Shown: positions 21,018 through 30,802, numbered from the stretch's first letter. The stretch is DNA of 64,000 nt from Cyanophyceae cyanobacterium (GCA_050331735.1 JBHJGN010000012.1:1-64000), one strand, 5' to 3'. The notes: generated from the letters alone by a model not told the origin. Translations and numbers: made by a program.

Positions 21018-21923
21018 ATGAACTCAACTCTTAATCCGCAAATTCCTGTTCCAAAACTTTCTCCTCAAATTCTCATTCGTCGTTTAGTTTGGAAGATCGC
21101 GATCGCCACCTGGTTGCTGATGGCAGTTGGTAGCGCTACGCGGGTCATGAATGCTGGTCTGGCTTGTCCCGACTGGCCGCTGTGCTACGGGCAGCTAATT
21201 CCCAGTCAGCAGATGAACCTCCAGGTCTTTTTAGAGTGGTTCCACCGCCTCGATGCTGCTCTCATTGGTCTCTCCACCCTTGTTCTCGCCGGTCTATCAT
21301 GGTGGTATCGGTCTGCTTTGCCTCGATGGCTTCCTTGGGCGACTACTCTGGCTGTAGGTCTGATCGTTTTTCAGGGCGTGCTAGGCGGTTTAACCGTCAC
21401 TGAGCTCCTGCGCTTTGATATTGTCACGGCTCACCTCGGTACGGCTCTGCTGTTCTTTAGCACTCTGATGGTGATTGGCACGGCCCTAGTTTCCTACAGA
21501 GGCTCTGGTGCTGTCGGTCGTTTACCCTGGTTAGGAGCAGGAGCCGCTATCCTGATTTATCTTCAAAGTCTCCTGGGTGCTTTAGTAGGCTCTCGCTGGG
21601 CTCTCCATCAGTGCTTAGCTGGCTCTCAACTGTGTGCCGTGATGAATAGTCATATTATCGGGGTATTTCCAGCCACAATCGCAACGATCGCTCTGTTCGT
21701 TTGGGTGCGGCGCTCCCCAGCCATTCATCCCGCTTTGAGAAAGCTGGCTGACTGGGCGGCTGTCTTAGTGATTGGGCAAATTTTGCTCGGCATAGCCACG
21801 TTTAAACTGCACCTCCAGGTAGAACCCCTAACGGTTAGCCATCAGGCAGTGGGGGCAGCACTTTTGGGAGTTTTGGTGGCTTTTACGGTCTTAGCCATTC
21901 GCGACCGCTCCGCCGCTGCTTGA
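21018..21923 (+). CDS. ctaA: Heme A synthase (COX15/CtaA)
   Basis: GLACPDWPLCYG, FLEWFHR, VTAHLG, VSHQ. Confidence 0.93.
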   Translation: MNSTLNPQIPVPKLSPQILIRRLVWKIAIATWLLMAVGSATRVMNAGLACPDWPLCYGQLIPSQQMNLQVFLEWFHRLDAALIGLSTLVLAGLSWWYRSALPRWLPWATTLAVGLIVFQGVLGGLTVTELLRFDIVTAHLGTALLFFSTLMVIGTALVSYRGSGAVGRLPWLGAGAAILIYLQSLLGALVGSRWALHQCLAGSQLCAVMNSHIIGVFPATIATIALFVWVRRSPAIHPALRKLADWAAVLVIGQILLGIATFKLHLQVEPLTVSHQAVGAALLGVLVAFTVLAIRDRSAAA

Positions 21924-21980
21924 CTCCATTAAAATCTTCGTGAACGATAGCATAAATTAATTTTCACTATTTGGGTGTGC

Positions 21981-22952
21981 ATGATGATTGGGACCAGTGT
22001 TTCCCGCCGTAACGAAAACTTTCTTCAGATTGTCAAAAGCTACTTTCAGCTCACTAAGCCGCGGATCATTCCTCTGCTGCTGATTACCACCGCCGCCGCG
22101 ATGTGGGTGGCGGGGAGCGGACAAGTCGATCCTCTGCTCGTGGTGGTCACTCTTTTAGGAGGAACCTTAGCCGCTGCCTCGGCTCAAACCCTCAACTGCA
22201 TCTATGACCAGGATATCGATTACGAGATGCAGCGAACCCGCAAACGCCCGATTCCCTCCGGTCGCGTCCAGCCTGTTCATGCGCTGATTTTTGCGATGGT
22301 GCTCGCCGTCCTCTCGTTTGTTTTGCTCGCCGTGTTTGTCAATCTACTGAGTGCCGGACTGGCAATGGCTGGTATTGCCTTTTACATGCTGATCTACACT
22401 CACTGGCTGAAGCGCCATAGCTCTCAAAACATCGTTATCGGTGGCGCGGCGGGCGCAATTCCTCCTCTAGTAGGCTGGGCGGCTGTCACAGGGAGCTTAG
22501 ATTGGACTCCTTGGGTACTGTTTGCGCTGATTTTTCTGTGGACTCCTCCTCACTTTTGGGCCTTGGCTTTAATGATTCGAGACGACTACGCTCAAGTGGG
22601 CGTACCGATGCTGCCAGTGGTAGAGGGAGAAGAGGCCACGGTGCGTCAGATTTGGGTGTATAGCTGGCTAACGGTAGCCGTTTCTTTGCTGTTAATTTAT
22701 CCTTTAGAGGCAACGGGCAGTGTGTATGCCCTGGTAGCTTTGGGGTTGGGGATTGTGCTGCTGCGTAAAGCGTGGAAACTACAGCAAGCCCCTGCCGATA
22801 AGCAAGTAGCCCGTTCTCTGTTCAAGTATTCTATTCTTTACATGATGCTGCTCTGTACGGGAATGGTTGTAGATAGTCTACCTCTCGGCGCTCAAGTAAC
22901 GGCAGCACTGAGTTATTTGAACACCTTCGTGAGTCAATTGACGATTGCTTAG
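21981..22952 (+). CDS. ctaB: Heme O synthase (protoheme IX farnesyltransferase)
   Basis: [37 protein letters not shown]. Confidence 0.96.
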   Translation: MMIGTSVSRRNENFLQIVKSYFQLTKPRIIPLLLITTAAAMWVAGSGQVDPLLVVVTLLGGTLAAASAQTLNCIYDQDIDYEMQRTRKRPIPSGRVQPVHALIFAMVLAVLSFVLLAVFVNLLSAGLAMAGIAFYMLIYTHWLKRHSSQNIVIGGAAGAIPPLVGWAAVTGSLDWTPWVLFALIFLWTPPHFWALALMIRDDYAQVGVPMLPVVEGEEATVRQIWVYSWLTVAVSLLLIYPLEATGSVYALVALGLGIVLLRKAWKLQQAPADKQVARSLFKYSILYMMLLCTGMVVDSLPLGAQVTAALSYLNTFVSQLTIA

Positions 22953-22963
22953 ACGCGCTGACA

Positions 22964-23000
22964 AAAAGGGCTAGGAATCGGCTACGATTCTCGCCCTTTT
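22964..23000 (+). terminator. Terminator after ctaB (A-run and T-run flanks, possibly bidirectional)
   Basis: AAAAGGGC-ta-GGAATCG-gcta-CGATTCT-c-GCCCTTTT. Confidence 0.75.
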
Positions 23001-23039
23001 CCCGGTCGGGAAGTAACGTTTCTCCTAAAAAATCGAGTG

Positions 23040-23471
23040 ATGGATGAATTTATGACGGCAGCGATCGCTGAAGCGCAACAAGGACTCAATGAAGGAGGCA
23101 TCCCCATCGGTTCTGTATTAGTTAGAAACGGACAGATTATTGGTCGAGGTCACAACAAACGCGTTCAGGACGGCGATCCGGTCACTCATGCAGAAATCGA
23201 CTGCTTGCGGAATGCCGGACGGATCGGTAGCTACCGGAACACAACCCTCTATTCTACTTTGATGCCTTGCTATCTCTGCGCTGGGGCAGTCGTTCAATTT
23301 GGCATCAAAAAAGTCATCGTCGGCGAGTCGGAAACGTTTGCGGGGGCTGAAGCCTGGATGCGATCGCACGGGGTCGAAGTCGTTAATTTAGATTTAGACC
23401 AGTGCAAGCAGTTAATGAAAGATTTTATTGCCCACAATGCTCAGCTTTGGAACGAAGATATTGGTGAATGA
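23040..23471 (+). CDS. Zn-dependent nucleoside/cytosine deaminase (yeast FCY1-like)
   Basis: GIPIG, GRGHNKRVQ, HAE, PCYLC and C-terminal WNEDIGE. Confidence 0.88.
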   Translation: MDEFMTAAIAEAQQGLNEGGIPIGSVLVRNGQIIGRGHNKRVQDGDPVTHAEIDCLRNAGRIGSYRNTTLYSTLMPCYLCAGAVVQFGIKKVIVGESETFAGAEAWMRSHGVEVVNLDLDQCKQLMKDFIAHNAQLWNEDIGE

Positions 23472-23480
23472 GCGAAAGCA

Positions 23481-23861
23481 ATGGCAATTCTTAGAGGACA
23501 AGTGGTGAGTGGTTTAGGAAACTTCTCCTACTGGATAGAAAGACTGCAAGCCCACTACCAAAAACTTACGGGAATGACCTTTTTCCCCGGCACTTTGAAT
23601 CTTCAACTAGAGTATCCGTACAGTCTTCCGCAGCATATCCTTCGTTTAGAAAAAGAAGATTATGGCGGCACTGTTTCAGTTAACCTGATGCCTTGCCGCA
23701 TCTTCGGAAGACGGGGGTTCATTCTCCGTACAGACACCAACGAAAGCGGACAGGGACATCATCCTCAAACCATTATCGAAATCGCTTGTGACGTAAAGCT
23801 CCGCGAGCAGTATGGTCTTAAGGACGGGGACTTCGTTGAGGTTGAACTAGATGGGGATTAA
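23481..23861 (+). CDS. CTP-dependent riboflavin kinase-like protein (DUF120, archaeal type)
   Basis: GQVVSGLG, FFPGTLNL, IIEIACDVKLREQYGLKDGDFVEV. Confidence 0.8.
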   Translation: MAILRGQVVSGLGNFSYWIERLQAHYQKLTGMTFFPGTLNLQLEYPYSLPQHILRLEKEDYGGTVSVNLMPCRIFGRRGFILRTDTNESGQGHHPQTIIEIACDVKLREQYGLKDGDFVEVELDGD

Positions 23862-24031
23862 CCTTTTCCGCCTAAAGCGGCCATCGCTCCTAAAGCCGCT
23901 CCACTGCCTGTAATCCACATCCAGCTACTATTCTGACTCCGTTGAGGCTGGACAGCTTCAGATTTGACCTCTTTGGCCGTGACACTAACAGCAGTCAGCG
24001 CTAATGCAGATACCAGGATGAGTGTTTTCAT
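23858..24031 (-). CDS. Small exported protein, 57 aa (not in ORF track)
   Basis: MKTLILVSALALTAVSVTAKEVKSEAVQPQRSQNSSWMWITGSGAALGAMAALGGKG*: signal-peptide-like N-terminus and hydrophobic Trp/Gly-rich C-terminus. Confidence 0.6.
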   Translation of the reverse strand: MKTLILVSALALTAVSVTAKEVKSEAVQPQRSQNSSWMWITGSGAALGAMAALGGKG

Positions 24032-24241
24032 GGACAGTCCGATGATTCTTCAATTCCTTGATACCTCAAAGCGATCGCGTCTTCATCGGGAAAAGCGCTG
24101 AGGCGAAAACAGTTGAGGGAAAAATGCCGTATATCCTCGGATGCAAAAATCGAATAATTGTGGTGTTAATGAGCACAAAAATGAGGACTTAGTGGCCGAA
24201 TAAACGCGAATAAGCGGTAAAAATTCTCCTTTTAACTCCCA

Positions 24242-24712
24242 TTAGCTCAAGCGAGCGGTGCATTCTAAAATAAGCTTTTGGTTAATTGAAGCGTAGGGCT
24301 GAATCTCTAACGCTCTGCGAAAGGCTGAAATAGCCGTTCGATAATCGCCAAGAGCAACATGGCATAACCCCAAGCCATGCCATGCGCCAAAATGAATTGG
24401 ATTTAAACGGACAACTTCCTCGCAGTCGTCTCTAGACTTATCAAACTGTTCCTGAACGTAATACAGTACAGCTCTCCGATTCCAGGCTTCAGCAAAATCT
24501 GGCTGACTATTGATTATTTCTGTGAGGATTTTCTCGGCTCGAGCGATGTCTCCTGCCTCTAAACACACTTGAGAGCGTCTCAAGAGTTCCAGTCCTAAAA
24601 CGCCTTTTTGCTCAAACCAATTTTGCCAGAATGCATCTGTTGCCCGAGCGCGAACGTTTTCGTCGGTGTTTTTTAAATCTTCTAGTAATCGCTCTATTAA
24701 TAATCTATCCAT
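24242..24712 (-). CDS. Tetratricopeptide repeat protein
   Basis: PDFAEAWNRRAVLYY, NPIHFGAWHGLG TPR pattern. Start placed at MDRLLIE. Confidence 0.85.
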   Translation of the reverse strand: MDRLLIERLLEDLKNTDENVRARATDAFWQNWFEQKGVLGLELLRRSQVCLEAGDIARAEKILTEIINSQPDFAEAWNRRAVLYYVQEQFDKSRDDCEEVVRLNPIHFGAWHGLGLCHVALGDYRTAISAFRRALEIQPYASINQKLILECTARLS

Positions 24713-24752
24713 TGTTAACTGGAGGCAGGAAGAAAGAGGACGGTCAACTGGC

Positions 24753-24968
24753 TTAGTTTTTTGAGTCACCGACACCCGGACTATCTGATTTATCTACTTT
24801 TGGCACAACATCGGGGCGTTCTTTGTTTTCCCAACCGACTGGGCGTTTGGAGTTGTACCAGGCAATCGAGCCAATCGTAACCGCCGCAATAAACCCAATC
24901 ACGTAAACGGCGACAAAAGAAGTGGGAAATGAGCTACCAGCAGCAGCGGCATCCATCAATACGTACAT
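24753..24968 (-). CDS. psb35: Photosystem II assembly protein Psb35-like
   Basis: VYVIGFIAAVTIGSIAWYNSKRPVGWE..ERPDVVP signature. Confidence 0.8.
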   Translation of the reverse strand: MYVLMDAAAAGSSFPTSFVAVYVIGFIAAVTIGSIAWYNSKRPVGWENKERPDVVPKVDKSDSPGVGDSKN

Positions 24969-25082
24969 GACAATTCTTCCCTATGATTCAAGCATTGGGC
25001 TTATCTTATCAAAATATCGGGGATCATCTTGCAATTTTTTCTGAAGCCCTGTCCTCTACGGGGACAGAGAGTATTGCCCCCT

Positions 25083-27335
25083 CTATTCGTCTGCTTCTTT
25101 ACGGGATGCCGGAGGAGCAAGGGGAAGGTCAGAGGCAGGAGCGCTTGCTGGAGGAGCTGAGGAGGCGGCTGGGGGAGCTGGGGCTGGGGCGATTTTGGGA
25201 GCAGGAGCCGGGGCTGGGGCGGGAACCGGAACTGCCACGGGTTTTGGGGCAGGCGCGGGAGCAGGAGCTGGTTTTCTGGGGGGACGAACAGGCTGGCGAT
25301 CGCGTCTGCGCGGAGTTCTATAGGATGAGCCAGATCTTCTTGGGGCTGGAGCTTGAGTGTAGTAGCTCTGCGTTGGCTCGATCGGTTCGGCTTCAATCGT
25401 GCCTTGGCGTCCTTCAAGCTGCGGGAGTTTGGGAAACGATTCAACCGGAAAGTCTGTCACTGCTGAAAGCATAAACTCGCGCCAGAACTGAGCGGCAATT
25501 CCGCTCGTTCCCCAAGTCGGCTGATTGTCATCGTTTCCCAACCAAACACCAGCTACCATCTGGGGAATGTAGCCGACAAACCAAAGGTCACGAGATTGGT
25601 CAGACGTTCCGGTTTTTCCGGCGACGGGTCTGCCGAGTTGGGCTGGGCGACCTGTTCCTGATGTTACGACTCCTTGCAGCATCCAGGTCATGATGGCGGC
25701 AGTGTCTTCATCGAGAGCCGGCTGAGGAGTAAACTTTGCCTCGTAAATTACCTCTCCTTTCTGGTTGAGGACGCGGCTAATCCCGTAGGCCGGTTGATGA
25801 ACGCCCTGGTTGGCGAAGGTGCCGTAAGCACTGGTCAACTCGAGCAGATTTACCTCTGAGGCTCCTAGCGCCAAAGAATAGGTTGGCTGCAACTTTGACT
25901 CAATGCCCATTTGTTGAGCGAGTGTAATCGTAGGGTGCCAGCCGACATCGACCAGGGCGCGGACGGCGACAACATTCAGGGAAGCAGCGAGAGCGTGATA
26001 GAGGGAAACATAGCCGCCGCGATATTGATTGCCGTAGTTCTTCGGCTGGTAACCATCGATGAAATATTCCGCATCCAGAAAGCTTTTGTAGGGAGAAATT
26101 CCCGCCGCGATCGCGGCGGCATAAACGAAGGGCTTAAAAGTCGATCCGGGCTGCCGCTGCGCCAGGACTCGATTATATTGATTATTGTTAAAGTCGTTTC
26201 CTCCTACCATCGCCCGAATTTGCCCGTTGCGGGGATCGATGGCAACGAGAGCCGCTTGTTCAAAGCGCTGCCATTGGCCGTACTCCTGAACAGCTTTGGC
26301 AACTGTTTCCTGGGCAGCTCTCTGCCAGCGAGGATCTAAAGTAGTTTCTACGACAATCCCTCCAGCGGCCAAGGCTTCGGTTGGCACTAATTCCCCTAGC
26401 TCTTTCTCAACATAGTCTGTAAAGTAGGGGGCTCGATTAGGGGAGCGGTTGGGCGCTTGTCGCTGTGTCTTTAAAGGAGAAGCAATGGCCGCCGCTGCTT
26501 TGGCAGGGGCAATCATTCCCTGTTCCTGCATCCGCTCCAAAACCAGATTGCGACGCTGGAGCGCGGCTTCTCGGTTACTGAAGGGAGAGTAAGCGCTGGG
26601 AGCTGGCATAATTCCGGCGAGAGTCGCGGCTTCTGCCAAGCTGAGTTCATCGACTGACTTGCCAAAGTAAACCCAGGCAGCATCAGCGACGCCATAAGCT
26701 CCTGCTCCAAAATAAACCAGGTTAAGGTAACGCTCTAAAATCTGCTCTTTACTCAGAGTTTGCTCAATCTGTTGCGCTAGCAAGATTTCTCGCAATTTGC
26801 GAATCAAGCTTCGTTCCTGATCTAGAAAAACCATTCTAGCTAGCTGTTGGGTAATCGTACTGCCACCTTCTACCACGTTTCTCGCTCGCACGTTCGCGTA
26901 GGTTGCTCTAGCAATGCCCAGGTAGTCTACGCCGTGATGCTCGTAGAAGCGACGGTCTTCGCTGGCAATAAACGCCTGTACGAGCGTCTCTGGCAGTTGC
27001 CAACTTTTGAGCGGCTCGTGGGCGAGCGGTCCCACCTGCTGAAGCACGGTACCGTCAGCAGCTTGAATCGTCCAGGTGTTTGGGCGCGCGTAGGTGAGTA
27101 CTGTTTCTACGGATTTAGGCAGGTCACTGTCCACCTGTTGCCATCCCCGGTAAAGCGCGATCGCTCCCCCACCGATACCGATACTAATACCTAAGCTCAA
27201 CCACCATTGGCGGCTTTTTAGTACTCGGCTACAGGCAAGCTGAAATCTTCTCCCCTTCTTTCCTGGATGCGATGAGGAAGATTCTGAATGATGAGATGTC
27301 TCTTGATTCAGTTTAGGAAACCTGGTCACGTTCAC
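25083..27335 (-). CDS. Class A penicillin-binding protein (PBP1A family) with Pro/Ala-rich tail
   Basis: EDRRFYEH, GGSTITQQL, RKLRE transglycosylase motifs; STFK, SLN, KTG transpeptidase motifs. Confidence 0.95.
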   Translation of the reverse strand: MNVTRFPKLNQETSHHSESSSSHPGKKGRRFQLACSRVLKSRQWWLSLGISIGIGGGAIALYRGWQQVDSDLPKSVETVLTYARPNTWTIQAADGTVLQQVGPLAHEPLKSWQLPETLVQAFIASEDRRFYEHHGVDYLGIARATYANVRARNVVEGGSTITQQLARMVFLDQERSLIRKLREILLAQQIEQTLSKEQILERYLNLVYFGAGAYGVADAAWVYFGKSVDELSLAEAATLAGIMPAPSAYSPFSNREAALQRRNLVLERMQEQGMIAPAKAAAAIASPLKTQRQAPNRSPNRAPYFTDYVEKELGELVPTEALAAGGIVVETTLDPRWQRAAQETVAKAVQEYGQWQRFEQAALVAIDPRNGQIRAMVGGNDFNNNQYNRVLAQRQPGSTFKPFVYAAAIAAGISPYKSFLDAEYFIDGYQPKNYGNQYRGGYVSLYHALAASLNVVAVRALVDVGWHPTITLAQQMGIESKLQPTYSLALGASEVNLLELTSAYGTFANQGVHQPAYGISRVLNQKGEVIYEAKFTPQPALDEDTAAIMTWMLQGVVTSGTGRPAQLGRPVAGKTGTSDQSRDLWFVGYIPQMVAGVWLGNDDNQPTWGTSGIAAQFWREFMLSAVTDFPVESFPKLPQLEGRQGTIEAEPIEPTQSYYTQAPAPRRSGSSYRTPRRRDRQPVRPPRKPAPAPAPAPKPVAVPVPAPAPAPAPKIAPAPAPPAASSAPPASAPASDLPLAPPASRKEADE

Positions 27336-27550
27336 TCCTTCACTTGATAGGATTTATCTTCTCGCCCGAGCCTATCCGTCCGGACAGTTTTAAGAGCGAT
27401 CGCCAAAGCCCACTTTAATGTGCTTATTGTAGGACAAGGCAGCCCGAGGGCTGCTCCCGTTGCTTAAAAAACAGCGATAGAGTCGAATCCCCTTCGGGAG
27501 AAGCAACCAAGAATTCGTTATTACTGCGCCTGACTTTTGACGGGAGAATT

Positions 27551-28075
27551 TTACTCTCTAGGGCTCTGCTGCCACCAGCGACTCAACGGGTAGTAAAGGA
27601 CTGGAGCCCACAGGCTGCTGAGAATCGCCGATGCGAGAGCGATTCGCTGGTAATCTGACCAAATGTTCGCTCCCTTGAGGTTCAAGACCAGCAATTGAAT
27701 AGCCGTTAACGTTTCACTGACAATCGTCATGGCAAAGACGATGAGAGCCACTGAAATAAAGTCTTCCTGAATGTAGCGCTGTTTCTGAAGGCGAGCCGTT
27801 AAAAAACCCACGATAGCAAGGCTAAACGTATGGAGAAGATATCCAGAAGTCATGCCATCGTGAATTAAGCCTAAAGCGCCGCCCGCGAGCGCTCCTTGAA
27901 TGCCGCTGCGATTGATACTCCAGGTTACCACCCAGATCAGAAGCCAGTTAGGACTAATCCCTAACAGCTCCATTCCCGGTAACCGAGCTGGCAGGAGCAG
28001 TAAGCAGACAAGAACCGAACTAACGATAACTAGCCCATTCAGAATTTGACATCGGGGGGAGGGATAATGAGTCAC
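27551..28075 (-). CDS. mreD: Rod shape-determining protein MreD
   Basis: Hydrophobic; PNWLLIWV, GLIHD; downstream of mreBC. Confidence 0.9.
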   Translation of the reverse strand: MTHYPSPRCQILNGLVIVSSVLVCLLLLPARLPGMELLGISPNWLLIWVVTWSINRSGIQGALAGGALGLIHDGMTSGYLLHTFSLAIVGFLTARLQKQRYIQEDFISVALIVFAMTIVSETLTAIQLLVLNLKGANIWSDYQRIALASAILSSLWAPVLYYPLSRWWQQSPRE

Positions 28076-28217
28076 AGTTCATGGGGTGGCAACATCAGCG
28101 GAATTTTCAGACAAGTCATTGACAGCGAGATTGACCCGAATCTCCCACCTTGGATTTCATGATATCTTGCTATTGAACCCCTTGAAACCCTGCGCCCTTG
28201 CCCTGGTTTTATCGCCA

Positions 28218-28985
28218 TCACCGATTACTTTTTCGGGCCGGACTGATTTCCCAAGCCAGCGGATGAACCAGAACCCATTCTAAATCGTCAAGCGGAGCGG
28301 ACAGCTCAACAAGCGCCACTGGCGCTGGACCGCTTTCTAGATCAATGCTTTTGACCTGACCAATGGGCAAGCCAGAGGGATACAGACGGCTTAGCGATGA
28401 GGTCACAATTGTATCGCCGGGACGAACGTCGGGGTCTTTTTCGAAAAATTCAAGCCGCGCCACCTGAGAGCTTTGCCCTTCCATAAAACCGGGCTGTCGG
28501 CTGCGGCTCACGGTGACTCCGACTCGGTGAGTGGGGTCGCTCGCGAGGAGAACGCGACTGGTGTGAGGAGTGACCTGCACCACGCGACCGACTAGCCCCC
28601 CAATTCCTGATACGGCAGCTCCTTGTTGAATTCCGTCTTGGCGACCCCGCCCCACCGTTACCTGTCGCCACCACGAATCGACGCTCCGCCCGATGGTTGG
28701 GGCAGCGATCGCGGCTGGCTGTTCTCTAGCGTAGCCTAAAAGCTTCTGTAGCTTCTGATTTTGGCTTTGCAGCTCCGCTATCTGCTGTTCTAGCTCGAGA
28801 ATGCGAGCGTCTGTTAGCCGTTCCAACACAGGCTCCTGCTCAGGCTGAAGGCGAAACAGAGAAGAATAGAGTTCCCAAACAGCAGCGCCTTGAGTCTGAT
28901 ACAGCAGCCAAACAGCTCCAAACGCTAACCCAGACATGACCAGGGTTAACCCATGTCGCTCCCACCAACGACGCACAAAAAACAT
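28218..28985 (-). CDS. mreC: Rod shape-determining protein MreC
   Basis: TM plus coiled coil; GLVGRV, GDTIVTS, YPSGLPIG. Confidence 0.92.
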   Translation of the reverse strand: MFFVRRWWERHGLTLVMSGLAFGAVWLLYQTQGAAVWELYSSLFRLQPEQEPVLERLTDARILELEQQIAELQSQNQKLQKLLGYAREQPAAIAAPTIGRSVDSWWRQVTVGRGRQDGIQQGAAVSGIGGLVGRVVQVTPHTSRVLLASDPTHRVGVTVSRSRQPGFMEGQSSQVARLEFFEKDPDVRPGDTIVTSSLSRLYPSGLPIGQVKSIDLESGPAPVALVELSAPLDDLEWVLVHPLAWEISPARKSNR

Positions 28986-29011
28986 ACGAATCAAGAGCTA
29001 GAGTGAGTAGA

Positions 29012-30049
29012 CTATGACTGGCTCGGACTATCACTGAATACCCGGTCGAGCTGCTTAAAGTTTTCCAGAGCGCGACCGGTTCCCAACACAACGCAGCTTA
29101 GAGGATCTGGGGCAATGTGAGTCACAATTCCCGTCTCGTGACTAATGAGAGTATTGAGTCCTCGCAGCAGAGCACCACCGCCTGCTAACATAATTCCCCG
29201 GTCGATAATATCGGCTGCCAGTTCGGGGGGAGTTTGTTCGAGGGTTCTTTTAATAGCATCAACAATAACAGACAGAGGCTCTGACATACTTTCCCGAATT
29301 TCTGGTCCTTTAATAGTCACGGTCCTCGGCAGCCCAGAAAGCATGTGTAATCCTCTGACCTCCATCAGCGGTTCGTCTTCATTTTTGAGAGGATAGGCAG
29401 AACCAATCCGAATTTTAATTTCCTCAGCAGTCCGTTCGCCAATAATTAAATTATGCACTTTTTTCATGTAGTGCGTGATCGAGTCGCTCAACTCGTCTCC
29501 AGCCACCCGCACGGATTCGCTCAATACAGTTCCCTGAAGGCTTAATACCGCGACTTCTGTCGTGCCGCCCCCGATGTCAACAATCATATTGCCAGTGGGA
29601 TCGGCAACGGGGAGACCGGCTCCAATGGCAGCAGCAATAGGCTCCTCGATGAGATGAACTTCTCTCGCGCCCGCCTGAAGAGCTGCTTCCTTCACTGCCC
29701 GGCGCTCTACTCCGGTGACACCGCTCGGAATGCCAATGACGATGCGCGGATGAAACAGGGATCTTCCCTCACTGGCTCGCCGAATGAAGTGCTGAAGCAT
29801 AATTTCTGCTAGCTCAAAATCCGCAATCACACCATCGCGCAGGGGACGAACGGCAATCATGTTACCCGGAGTCCTCCCCATCATTCTCTTAGCGTCCTCC
29901 CCAACTGCCAGGGGAACCTTTCTGTCTCTGTCCATAGCGACGACAGAGGATTCTTGCAGAACGATTCCTTTGCCCGATACATAAACCAAGGTGTTGGCTG
30001 TACCGAGATCAATTCCAATATCTCGAGAAAACCGATTGAAAAGCCCCAC
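29012..30049 (-). CDS. mreB: Rod shape-determining protein MreB
   Basis: IGIDLGTANT, DIGGGTTE, AGGGALL. Confidence 0.98.
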   Translation of the reverse strand: MGLFNRFSRDIGIDLGTANTLVYVSGKGIVLQESSVVAMDRDRKVPLAVGEDAKRMMGRTPGNMIAVRPLRDGVIADFELAEIMLQHFIRRASEGRSLFHPRIVIGIPSGVTGVERRAVKEAALQAGAREVHLIEEPIAAAIGAGLPVADPTGNMIVDIGGGTTEVAVLSLQGTVLSESVRVAGDELSDSITHYMKKVHNLIIGERTAEEIKIRIGSAYPLKNEDEPLMEVRGLHMLSGLPRTVTIKGPEIRESMSEPLSVIVDAIKRTLEQTPPELAADIIDRGIMLAGGGALLRGLNTLISHETGIVTHIAPDPLSCVVLGTGRALENFKQLDRVFSDSPSQS

Positions 30050-30331
30050 TTGCCTCTCCTCCTCAATGAATGCTAATTCTCCAGCCTATTGATCGAACCA
30101 GACCGATGGGATTATATTACTTTTTTCAAGCTTCTACTAGTAAATATTATTAATGTTTGTTGGCTTATTTGCCTGTAAATTTTGATGGTTAACTTGAAAA
30201 GTTCCGTTTTTTTTCGGATGTACAATTTTCTGGTTTGTTTTTATCTAAAAAACTTCCGTATTTTCTCGGGGTTTGGTCACAAATAAGCTGGCATTACTGG
30301 CCGTTAAAGAGGTTAAAACGGCACTAAGTAA

Positions 30332-30345
30332 GATACCTTTGTACT
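30332..30345. promoter_or_regulatory. Candidate cyanobacterial LexA box upstream of ssb
   Basis: Minus strand AGTACAAAGGTATC has one mismatch to RGTACNNNDGTWCB; about 20 bp before the start. Confidence 0.5.
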
Positions 30346-30364
30346 ATCAAAAGAGAAAAGGATA

Positions 30365-30730
30365 GTGATGAGCCTAAACATCGTTAATTTAGTCGGTCGT
30401 GCTGGAACCGACCCGGAAGTGCGCTACTTTGAGTCTGGTAGTGTTCTCTGTACGCTACCGCTAGCCGTAGACCGCAACACCAGCAAGTCAGATAAACCCG
30501 ACTGGTTCAACCTCAAAATCTGGGGAAAGACGGCAGAGATTGCGGCAAACTACGTCAGGAAAGGCAGTTTACTAGGTATTCAAGGCACTTTAACGATCGA
30601 AAGCTGGAGCGATCGCAACACCGGAGCCAACCGCTCTAGACCGGTGATCAAAGTAGATCGCCTGGAATTATTGGGTTCAAGAAAAGACAGCGAAGCAGAA
30701 ATGGCCAGTAGCTACGAAGAGGAATTCTAG
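30365..30730 (+). CDS. ssb: Single-stranded DNA-binding protein
   Basis: LVGRAGTDPEVRYFESG, WGKTAE, KGSLLGI, acidic tail YEEEF. Confidence 0.95.
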   Translation: MMSLNIVNLVGRAGTDPEVRYFESGSVLCTLPLAVDRNTSKSDKPDWFNLKIWGKTAEIAANYVRKGSLLGIQGTLTIESWSDRNTGANRSRPVIKVDRLELLGSRKDSEAEMASSYEEEF

Positions 30731-30732
30731 GA

Positions 30733-30770
30733 CAGCAACCAGTAATCAGTGATTAGTTAGTAGTGACCAG
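30733..30770 (+). repeat. Degenerate heptamer tandem repeat (STRR-like)
   Basis: CAGCAAC CAGTAAT CAGTGAT TAGTTAG TAGTGAC CAG between convergent genes. Confidence 0.6.
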
Positions 30771-30802
30771 GGTAATTAACAGCCTCGGTCACGGGTCACT
30801 GC

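Noticed and set aside
24983..25474. 163-aa (+) and 147-aa (-) ORFs over the PBP1A 3' end
   Set aside because: Kept open by the GC-rich Pro/Ala repeat of the PBP tail.
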